DNA of 64,000 nucleotides from Bacilli bacterium (lineage in GTDB: Bacteria > Bacillota_I > Bacilli_A > RFN20 > UBA1709), in assembly GCA_050949315.1 (NCBI GenBank), contig JBMNFL010000001.1, forward strand, positions 480,001 to 544,000, in the 5' to 3' direction. A program made the translations under genes and the position numbers. Of the stretch, positions 8,806-17,900 are shown piece by piece (position 1 is the first letter of the stretch; each line of letters opens with the position of its first letter). Under the pieces are notes generated by a model. It was not told the DNA's origin, searched no databases, and saw nothing but the letters and a program-made list of their open reading frames with translations.

Positions 8806-9909
8806 CTATTTACCTCCAAAAAAGATTAAGACGATTAACGCCACAACTACTAAAGCTACTAAAACTACTATACCCACTTTAAGCACTGATAAGGGGGTCT
8901 TACCCGTAACCTTACCATTATGACCATTGACATAAAAGTTATAGAGTTTACTCTTCCAATGACAATGACCGATATAAAGTGGTAAAAGCAAATATTTATA
9001 AGTCATTTTTGAACAGGCGGTTTCCACATTCAAATAATCGACAACATCATAACTATAACGAGCAAGAATCGCCTCTCTTATCTTACGATCAATAATTCTT
9101 TTAGCATAATCCCAAGCCTCTTCTCCCGTTCTTTCAGTAGCCGTTGCTACAAAACCGTGGAGAAATTCTGAAGAGTATTGCTGACTCTTATTGGTATCAA
9201 AAGGTTGCAACTTATCAAGAGTCTGCTGACCGATTTTGGAAGAAGCATGGACTAAGATATCGTCAAAGAAAATATCAATATTACCATGGACTCTAAACCA
9301 ACGCGTCTTAGTAACGGTTGTTGTCTTCCCGTTAACTCTCCTTTGTTCGGTATAATGCTTTCCTAAGCGCCCCTTATAAGAAGAGGCCGTATCGGTATCA
9401 AAAGTAAAGGCTGGGGAATAAACGCCATTTAATCCTTCAGGCTTAACACTTCTTTTAAAAGCGATTGGGGCAAATAATTTCTTTTTGGCCCAGGCGATAA
9501 CTTTTTCAGTAGCGACTTTCACATCGATAAGAAAAGGGACGACACCATTAGGTTTAACACCTGATAGTTCTTCAACTTCTACGACATTAGTCGTGCCACA
9601 AAAAGGACAAATCTTAGCAATTTCATTCCTATTTAAGACTTCGGAAGCCCCACAATTATTACAACGATAAATATGGGTTTCTTTGCCCCACTCATTGTCC
9701 TGCTTCTGAATTAACTTACCAAAGGATTGTTCAACACTAATATTGCCAAAATTGATTTCTTTCTTACTGCCACAATAAGGGCACTTTAAAGCTAAATCAT
9801 TGGGCGAATATTCCATGTTGGCGCCACAGACTGGACACTTAGCAACCTCGGTTGTGTTTTCGGTTTCTTCAAAAACTTCTTGTTTTTGTTCTTCTTGCAC
9901 CTTATTCAC
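8806..9909 (-). CDS. Zinc-ribbon membrane-anchored protein (YdjG-like)
   Basis: CPVCG, CPYCG, CNNCG, CPFCG pairs; VNGHNGKVTGKTP then C-terminal TM. Confidence 0.8.
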   Translation of the reverse strand: MNKVQEEQKQEVFEETENTTEVAKCPVCGANMEYSPNDLALKCPYCGSKKEINFGNISVEQSFGKLIQKQDNEWGKETHIYRCNNCGASEVLNRNEIAKICPFCGTTNVVEVEELSGVKPNGVVPFLIDVKVATEKVIAWAKKKLFAPIAFKRSVKPEGLNGVYSPAFTFDTDTASSYKGRLGKHYTEQRRVNGKTTTVTKTRWFRVHGNIDIFFDDILVHASSKIGQQTLDKLQPFDTNKSQQYSSEFLHGFVATATERTGEEAWDYAKRIIDRKIREAILARYSYDVVDYLNVETACSKMTYKYLLLPLYIGHCHWKSKLYNFYVNGHNGKVTGKTPLSVLKVGIVVLVALVVVALIVLIFFGGK

Positions 9910-11019
9910 CTACTCGGCAATTTTGCTGCCACATTCGGGACAAAACTTCGTCCCCGCCTCTAACTCTTTCTCACATTTTGGACAGGTTAACTTTAAAGAA
10001 GTCCCGCATTCTGGACAAAAGCGGGCGTTTTCACTAACCGCCGCCCCACACTTAGGACAAGACTTACCTGTCGGTTTACCACATTCAGGGCAGAATTTAA
10101 CTCCCACTTTAATCATCTTGCCACAAGAAGGACAAGGCATGGTCGCTTCGGCTGCCTTAGGCGAGGCCATCTCTTGGGTCATACTACCAAAGGCTTTACC
10201 TAGGTTAGCCCCAACACCAAGACCAATTCCAGCTCCCATCATCGTGCCAGCGGCCCCAGGATTCTTAGCCGCTTCCTTCAAAGCTTCGGCCTGAGCAAGT
10301 TGAGTGTAGATATCGATATTCTTTCTCATCATCCCTAGCCGTGTCTGCTCATCAAGCGCCTTTTCAAGTTCTTCAGGCATCGAGAAGTTTTCAAAATTAA
10401 CCTTGGCAAGTTCAATACCAATATCCTTTAAATGCGATGACAAAACTGTTTGAACATAGGTTCCTAATTCAACTAGGTTGGCCGCCATATCTAAAACGGG
10501 AATCTTGGATTCACCAACGGCATCGGAAATGTTGGTAACCACAATTGAACGCAGCCAATCAGTTATATCTTCTGTTTTATAAGTGGAATTGGTGCCCGAT
10601 AATTCTTTCATAAATAGATAGGCATCTTGAACCTTAAAAGTATAAGTACCATAAGCTCTTACTCTAACCGCCCCAAAATCCTTATCTCGGATGATAATCG
10701 GATTGGTCGTCCCCCACTTGTTATTGGTGAACATCTTAGTATTGACAAAATAAACATCCGATTTAAAGGGGCTTTCAAAGCCGTACTTCCATGATAACAA
10801 TTTGGTGATCAAGGGGATGTTATCCGTATCTAAAGTATAGGTTCCGGGTTCAAAAACATCAGCCATTCTGCCCTTATCAGCAAAGATGCAAACTTGGGAA
10901 TCGCGAACGATTACCTTGGAGCCACGACTAATAAAATCTCTTTTAATGTTGTACTCATATTTGTAGACGATGGTATTTGAGGAACTATCCTTCCATTCAA
11001 TTACCTTTAATAATCCCAT
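9910..11019 (-). CDS. SPFH (band 7-like) domain protein with C-terminal double zinc ribbons (YdjI-like)
   Basis: KWGTTNPI, VRAYGTY, MPEELEKALD, glycine-rich linker, repeated CPxCG/FCPECG; ATG 11019 after RBS aggagg. Confidence 0.88.
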   Translation of the reverse strand: MGLLKVIEWKDSSSNTIVYKYEYNIKRDFISRGSKVIVRDSQVCIFADKGRMADVFEPGTYTLDTDNIPLITKLLSWKYGFESPFKSDVYFVNTKMFTNNKWGTTNPIIIRDKDFGAVRVRAYGTYTFKVQDAYLFMKELSGTNSTYKTEDITDWLRSIVVTNISDAVGESKIPVLDMAANLVELGTYVQTVLSSHLKDIGIELAKVNFENFSMPEELEKALDEQTRLGMMRKNIDIYTQLAQAEALKEAAKNPGAAGTMMGAGIGLGVGANLGKAFGSMTQEMASPKAAEATMPCPSCGKMIKVGVKFCPECGKPTGKSCPKCGAAVSENARFCPECGTSLKLTCPKCEKELEAGTKFCPECGSKIAE

Positions 11020-11101
11020 AATTCTTCCTCCTTTTAGCAAGCTAACAATGTTTGTTCTTAAAATAATCACATACAATAAAAGTATACTATGCTTCTTTAA
11101 T

Positions 11102-11127
11102 AAAAAAAAGAACTTTTATAAAGTTCT
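11102..11127 (-). terminator. Possible leftward intrinsic terminator
   Basis: AGAACTTT/AAAGTTCT hairpin followed by a T-run on the minus strand. Confidence 0.5.
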
Positions 11128-11417
11128 CTATTTTTGACATCCCTATCACGGCCTTGAAAAGATTATAAATATTAGAATAAGAGAGCGCTAATATACCAAA
11201 ATTAAATTCCTACTCGCAAAACTCTTAATTTTTTCAAGTTTTTCGAGTAGAGTTTGTTTGAGTGAGAAATATGTTATTAAATATAATATATTTTTCAGTG
11301 TTTATGAAAGCATTCTGTTATTTGGACTAACTTTGATTAGTAAATAAATAAGATACCTAGATATATAGGAATAAAGAATAGATATAATAGATATATTAAA
11401 ATATAAAATGATATAAT

Positions 11418-11515
11418 CTGCAATTTATGGAATATAATCCTTACATTTTTTGGAATAAAACCCTTGCAATTTATGGAATGAAACGCTTGCAATTTATGGA
11501 ATTGAGTTGTATAAT
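11418..11515 (+). repeat. Four-unit, 23-bp-period direct repeat array overlapping the promoter TTGCAA-17-TATAAT
   Basis: TGGAAT cores at 11428, 11451, 11474, 11497; unit ttgcaatttaTGGAATgaaacgc; -35 at 11487, -10 at 11510. Confidence 0.88.
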
Positions 11516-11532
11516 GTGGTCGGGTGATATAA

Positions 11533-12792
11533 ATGGCAACTATTAATTATAGAAAAAGATTAATTGAATCAAGAATTAAAAAGACCATGGGCTTTAGTGG
11601 TGGTGTAGTCATTGAAGGGGCTAAATGGGTTGGTAAATCAACAACAGCAAGTAGATTTGCGAATACGGTGGTGAAACTGCAAGATCCTATCGTAAGAGAA
11701 AAGTATAAAACTTTCGCAACCATTTCCAAAGAAAAAGTTTTAGAAGGAAAAAAACCTATTTTATTTGACGAATGGCAAGATGTTCCAGAAATTTGGGATT
11801 TTATTCGTATTGATATTGATGATTATAATCATAAAGGTGCCTATCTTCTAACTGGTTCAACAAGAAAACAAAACGTAAAAACATATCACACCGGAACAGG
11901 AAGAATAAACTCTGTTTATATGCGACCAATGAGTTTATATGAAAGTGGCGAGTCTAACGGATTGGTCTCTTTAAACGATTTATTTAATCATCAAAACAAC
12001 ATTCCAAGTGTTGCAATATCTAATGTTAGCATAGATGATATAACAAAATTAATTTGTAGAGGAGGCTGGCCAGGAAGTCTAGATTTAGAAGAAGACTTGC
12101 AATTTGAGCTTCCGAAACATCTTTTAAAAAGTATTATCGAGAAAGACTCTGATGAGATTGATGGAATATCAAAAGATAAAGAAAAATTGGAAAAAGTTAT
12201 TAGGAGTTATGCAAGAAACGTTTCTACATTAGCTTCTGATTCAACCATCTACAAAGATCAATCAACAAGAGAAATAGTAAGTGTTAAAACTTTTGATACC
12301 TATATGAACGCTTTAAAAAGATTATTTATTGTTGAAGATGTTTTACCTTGGTCGGTAAATATTAGAAGTTCTAGTAGACTTAGAAAAGGCAGTAAAAGAC
12401 AATTTGTAGATCCTAGTATTGCTGTTGCTGCTCTTGACCTTTCTCCTAAAAAATTGTTAAACGATTTTGAAACTTTTGGCTTTTTATTTGAATCTATTGC
12501 TACCAGAGATATTAGAATTTATGCAGAAGAACTTGAGGGTAAAGTATATTATTATAATGACTCGACCGGACTTGAAGTGGATTTAATTGTTGAATTAAGG
12601 GACGGCTCATGGGGAGGTATTGAAGTTAAGCTAGGGAGTAACGAATTAGATAAAGCCTGTTCTAATTTACAAAAATTAAGCAGTATCTCAAGCGTTAAAC
12701 CTTCTTTTCTTATGATACTAACCAATACTCAAATGGCTTATCAAAGACCAGATGGCGTATATGTTGTACCACTGGGTTGTTTAAAACCCTAA
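11533..12792 (+). CDS. AAA_14-type ATPase with DUF4143 domain (distant paralog of 2296-3567)
   Basis: GAKWVGKS, LFDEWQ, LTGS, GGWP, EVDLIV..IEVK, same C-terminal DGVYVVP.CLKP; AT-rich. Confidence 0.9.
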   Translation: MATINYRKRLIESRIKKTMGFSGGVVIEGAKWVGKSTTASRFANTVVKLQDPIVREKYKTFATISKEKVLEGKKPILFDEWQDVPEIWDFIRIDIDDYNHKGAYLLTGSTRKQNVKTYHTGTGRINSVYMRPMSLYESGESNGLVSLNDLFNHQNNIPSVAISNVSIDDITKLICRGGWPGSLDLEEDLQFELPKHLLKSIIEKDSDEIDGISKDKEKLEKVIRSYARNVSTLASDSTIYKDQSTREIVSVKTFDTYMNALKRLFIVEDVLPWSVNIRSSSRLRKGSKRQFVDPSIAVAALDLSPKKLLNDFETFGFLFESIATRDIRIYAEELEGKVYYYNDSTGLEVDLIVELRDGSWGGIEVKLGSNELDKACSNLQKLSSISSVKPSFLMILTNTQMAYQRPDGVYVVPLGCLKP

Positions 12793-12906
12793 ATTTTAGA
12801 AAGTTTTGCTAATTTTTTCTTTTGTTCCAAACTGTGTTTCATAATAAAAACTCCCTTTTCATTGTGCCAACTTTGGTCCAAATTAAGGGAGCCTTTTTAT
12901 ATTAAG

Positions 12907-12982
12907 TGGTGGAGATGACGAGGCTCGAACTCGCTACCTCCTCGTTGCGAACGAGGCGCTCTCCCAGATGAGCTACACCCCC
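12907..12982 (-). tRNA. tRNA-Ala(CGC)
   Basis: 76-nt cloverleaf GGGGGTG...CATCTCCACCA, G3:U70 Ala identity pair, anticodon loop TT-CGC-AA, encoded CCA. Confidence 0.96.
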
Positions 12983-13031
12983 ACAAAGCGTTTTTATGAT
13001 AGCAAAAAACGCTCTACTTGACAAGTTGAAA

Positions 13032-13784
13032 CTACAAATCTAAAAGTAGGGCTACTGGGCAATGATCACTGCCATATATCTCATCATGAATTAAACTATC
13101 TTTGAGGTAGGGAAGAAGCCCTTTGGAAAGCACAAAATAATCAATCCGCCAACCAATACCCTTGGGGCGGGCAAAAGAACGATAACTCCACCAGCTATAC
13201 TTCACTCGCGTTGGATATAGATGACGGAAGCTATCGATAAAACCCGCTTCTAAAAGCAAGGAAAACTTCTCGCGTTCCTCTATGGTAAAACCTGGATTGC
13301 GCGTATTAATAGAGGGGTTTTTTAAGTCAATCTCTTGGTGAGCGACATTTAAATCCCCACAAATAATAACCTCTTTTTGACTCTTTAATTCAATTAAATA
13401 GGCCCTGAGAACATCTTCAAAGGTCTGCCGATAATCTAACCTTAATAAGCCCTCTTGAGAATTCGGTGAATAAACCGTCACTAAAAAGAATTGGGGGTAT
13501 TCAAGGGTAATCACTCTACCCTCATCTAAATAGTCGCCATTAATGCCATAACTAGCCTTTAGGGGTTTATGTTTAGTAAAAATTGCTGTCCCAGAATAAC
13601 CTTTTCTTTCCGCACTATTCCAATACTGATAGTAACCATCTAAAACTAGGCTGACCTGCTCTTCTTGAGCCTTTATTTCTTGCAAACAAAAGAAGTCGGC
13701 AGCATAATCTTTAAAAAAATCTAAAAAGCCCTTTTTTAAGCATGCTCGAATTCCGTTGACATTCCACGAAACAAATTTGAGCAT
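13032..13784 (-). CDS. xth: Exodeoxyribonuclease III / AP endonuclease
   Basis: SWNVNGIRA, LQEIK, GDLNVAH, YSWWSYR, WRIDY, SDHCP. Confidence 0.96.
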   Translation of the reverse strand: MLKFVSWNVNGIRACLKKGFLDFFKDYAADFFCLQEIKAQEEQVSLVLDGYYQYWNSAERKGYSGTAIFTKHKPLKASYGINGDYLDEGRVITLEYPQFFLVTVYSPNSQEGLLRLDYRQTFEDVLRAYLIELKSQKEVIICGDLNVAHQEIDLKNPSINTRNPGFTIEEREKFSLLLEAGFIDSFRHLYPTRVKYSWWSYRSFARPKGIGWRIDYFVLSKGLLPYLKDSLIHDEIYGSDHCPVALLLDL

Positions 13785-14987
13785 CTAGGCTTTCTCCTTT
13801 TCATCGAGAATCTCGGAGATACGAGAAGTTTGTAATTGACTGAACTTAGTGGTGATTTTACCAACCGTGGTCGACACTTCTCCTGATTCTTTGGAAAGTT
13901 TTTCAATGCTATTAGCAAGCTTTTCCCATCTTTGACCAAAGCGCTCAAAGTCTTGGCTGAGTCTGTTTAGTTGTAGACCGATTTCTTTGGCATACTTACT
14001 GCGCTCATAATCAATGCGCACAATGCGATAAGAGGCAATCAAAGGAATAATGGTCGTTGGTGAAACGATGAGTACACCTTTTTTATGTGCATACTCAATC
14101 AAGTCCCCTAAACGAGAGTGCAGCAAGGCTAAAACACCATCACTTGGTAAAAACATAATGGCAAAATCTGATGTTTGACCCGTGACGATATACTTATCTG
14201 CCATATCATCAATATGCTTTTTAACATCAACTTTTAAAGCTTTTATGGTGGCTTCTTCCTCGGCCGCACTCAACTTTTCTTCAAATAATTTACGATAAGC
14301 ACTAAAGGGGAATTTGGAATCAATACAAATATCCCCATTAGGCATAAAGATAACAGAATCAACGCGCACTTTACCCTCACGTTTAGGATTTTTAAATTCA
14401 TACTGCATCGCATAGAGCTTGGAATTTTCACCAAAGGTGGCGTAGAGAATCTGCTCTAATTGATATTCACCAAAGGCCCCACGCTGTTGATTATTGCTTA
14501 AAATATCTTGGAGGGAAATCATCTCATTCGATAGACCTTCAATCTTTTGTTGAGCCTGTTCCATGACCGCCATGCTTTCCTTAATTTTACCAAAGGTTTC
14601 ATTCGTCGCTTCAAAGCCCTTGCTCAAGCGTTCTTCCACCTTCTCATTAATAGCCCCCATCTTCTTATCAACACTCTCAGTAAGGCTAGTAAATTCCTGC
14701 TGTAAATTCTCTGCTAATTTGCCTTTAAACTCAACTAACTCCTTGTTAACAGCCACCCGAAAATCCCCTAGGGTCTGCCCTACTTGATTGGCGTTTTCTA
14801 CTAACTGTTTATTAAGTTTACTTGCTAAATTAAAGACTTCTTCATTTAATTCTTTACTGAGTTGCTTCTTAAAATCATCGAGACTAATCTCTCTTAAATC
14901 CTGTTTCTTTCTTACCAAAAGGAAGATGAGAATGACAATTATTAAAGCCTGTAAAACTAAACTTATTATTACTAGTGTGTCGGTCAT
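13785..14987 (-). CDS. rmuC: DNA recombination protein RmuC
   Basis: N-terminal TM, coiled coil, RGAFGEYQLE, IDSKFP, FAIMFLPS, SPTT. Confidence 0.93.
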   Translation of the reverse strand: MTDTLVIISLVLQALIIVILIFLLVRKKQDLREISLDDFKKQLSKELNEEVFNLASKLNKQLVENANQVGQTLGDFRVAVNKELVEFKGKLAENLQQEFTSLTESVDKKMGAINEKVEERLSKGFEATNETFGKIKESMAVMEQAQQKIEGLSNEMISLQDILSNNQQRGAFGEYQLEQILYATFGENSKLYAMQYEFKNPKREGKVRVDSVIFMPNGDICIDSKFPFSAYRKLFEEKLSAAEEEATIKALKVDVKKHIDDMADKYIVTGQTSDFAIMFLPSDGVLALLHSRLGDLIEYAHKKGVLIVSPTTIIPLIASYRIVRIDYERSKYAKEIGLQLNRLSQDFERFGQRWEKLANSIEKLSKESGEVSTTVGKITTKFSQLQTSRISEILDEKEKA

Positions 14988-14997
14988 ATAATCCTCC

Positions 14998-17900
14998 CTA
15001 ATCTAAGCTTGCGAATTCACCGCCTAAGCCTGTGAAATAACGATTGAGATTGACGTGGCGTAAGCTTGCTGCATCAATATAAGCCATGGTGTAAAGATCA
15101 GTCTCTGCATAGACTCTTTCAAAGACATCGTTGTAACAGGTATCGAAGTCGGTATATTTTAATGCTACAGCTGGATTAACAAACAAGGGTTCCCAATAGG
15201 TTTTGAAGAACTTGGGTAAGCTACCGTTAGTAACGTTGGAATTATTCAAAGCTCTCAGTGAAGTTCTAAGGGTTCGACCTGTATCCGCTTCAGTAGCGCC
15301 TACATTAGCCGTGAAGTTTTCGAACTGATTAATCGCATTTAGAAGATTAACTAACTGGCAATCATAGTAGTCATTTGCCCCATCATTATAGGCATAAGTT
15401 TGAGCGCGACCTGCTTTATCAACCTTATTGTAAGTAGCCAAAACTTCTGTTTCAACATAACTCTTCCATTCACGGTTATTAATATTGTCAATGTTGGCCT
15501 TAATCGTATCGGCACTAAAGTAAGGGTTCGCACCAAAGACCGATTCAACGGCTTTAGTAACTAATTGTTTAACGTTCATGGTCATCAGCACAGACTCACT
15601 AATAGCCGTGGCGACACTTTCACGTTTATCATCCTTATAGATTGCTTTCATCGCTTCATCAGTAACTTTGAATTCATCGCCAGTATCACCCATAATTACT
15701 CTGAATGCACCAATTATCGCTTTTAGTTCCTTGGTTCCAAAGCGGACGATTGGTTCCACCAGATAAGCATCGTAGATGTCACTATCGTAAGCCGATTTTT
15801 CACCATCAAGGAAGTAAACAATTCGATTGGCATAAGTAGGAGCCACAAGTAAAGCAGTCCCATCCTCATTTTTGAAACCCTTGATTTCTTCGGACATCGT
15901 ATGCCAGACAATTCGTGACTTGAGTAGATAATCTATCTTTTTGTTTTCCTCGCCGGTGGCGCCTGGATATTCTTCATCTAAACTATTAAATAGCGTACTC
16001 AAACTCAGTTTAGCCGTCTTGAAATCACTAACACCAAGCAGTTCTAGGGCAACTAAGAATTTCTTCATTTCATCACCCGTAATAACTTTGATATCTATAG
16101 CGGGCCCTGCTAAGACCTTGCCATCGGCATCACACTTGGTTTGCTGCTCATTATCGTAAGCATCTCTTTCCATCTTCAAGGTGTCGGTAAGTTTTGAAGT
16201 AATCGTCGCTGTTAAAATGCGCGAAGCACTGACTTCATCTTTATTATCAAAAGTATTAGCCATTAGATCATTAACATCTCTAACTTTATTATCGTCACCA
16301 ACGGCACCAATGCCATCAGGTCCAAGACCGATAATCAAACTTTTAAGCTCATCTTTTTTAATAATAGGTACATCATTAGTTTCTGAAGTAGCCGCAAAAA
16401 GTTCAACTTCAACACTTGGCGTCACAATTTGCTCTTGCTGAATTATATATTTAGAGAAAGTAGCCTTTAAAACCCAAGAACCAGTGTTGGTTTCATAACC
16501 AGTAATATAATCCACTGGGCGCTTATCAAAGACATAGTCTCTAACATCATAACCCTCATCACCTGGAACTTTATTGGCGGGAATAATACACATCTTATTG
16601 ATTAGACTCACGCCAATATTTTTGCTTAAGCCCTCTTCGGTAACTAAACCCAAAGAGTTAATGGAGGTCACCATATTGACAAACTCCTCTTTTTTAAGCA
16701 GTCTTACCTCGCCATCTTTTTCTAAAACTCTATTATCGTTGACGATTACCAAGGATTTTTCAGCAGCAGTCAGGTTACTCTCATCGATGACAAATTTACT
16801 AATTGTCGCTCGAATGATTTCAGAACCTGTAATACTCTTAGGTACACTACCTACAATGTAATCAATTCGTCTTGGGGCATTAGGAGCAACGGTACCATCT
16901 TCTTGAACCTCAGTCGCATCTAATAAATCGGTGATTAAATTGATGCTGGTATTCACCTTTGATGGTCCCTCTTCTTGTTCTTCAACAACTCCTAAAACCT
17001 TTAAAGCCTTAACTAAAGCTTTTAATTCGCCCTTTTCTAAAGCGTCCAATACATTTAAGGTTTCCCAAGCCGTATAGATAGTACTATCTTTAACACTTGG
17101 TGGTATGGTGATGCTCTTGCCATCTAAATCAATGATGACATCAGATAAAGTGGCATGGAAAATCATAGACTTTAGAGTAACTTCAAGTTTAGTTGAAGTA
17201 TCGGCGGTCTCAGGATAAGCCACATCATTCATACTATTGATTAAACCAATATAATCTAAATCATTTAAGTTTTCAAAATCGATATCGACCACGCCAATCG
17301 CCTCAAAAAGATTGACAAGTTCTAGTTTAAGAATGGCCTTAATATCGCCTTCCATCACACTTGTCTCTTCAGGTAGTAACAGCTTACTGCCTTCTTTTTT
17401 GGCCATATCGCTTAACTTCTTAGAAATAGTACAGTGATAAACAGCCGAATCTAAAACCGTGTCTGATACTTTCTTAGTTGGATCTATGGGATCTTCAGCA
17501 TTCAAAGTAGCAACTAAGGTGGTAAGATTTAAATTCTCTAATTCATCAAAGTCTAAATCAAGACGTTTGGTGGCTACTACTAAAGCTCTTAACTCCACTT
17601 TGGTAATGACATTTTTATCAGCCTCTAAAGCCTTAACGGTATTAGGCACTGTTACAATAGGTTCATCTTTATTTGTAAAGTCTAAGAGATATTTAGAAAG
17701 GGTACAGTGCATAATCTTAGAAGTTAAAATATCATCCACCACTAATTTAGTGGGATCATCCGCACTTGGTTCATTTAATCTATCATTAATCTCCGCAAGT
17801 TTTAAATCCTTAAGATCATCGGATAAATCCAAATCGGCTAAAGCCTTTACTAGGGCTTTTAATTCATCTTTCTCTAAAGTGACTAGAACATTTACCGTGC

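Noticed and set aside
3904-11144. TGACATCCC 9-mer at ~3904 and ~11135 as a target-site duplication
   Set aside because: Too short, and it would bracket housekeeping genes; probably chance.
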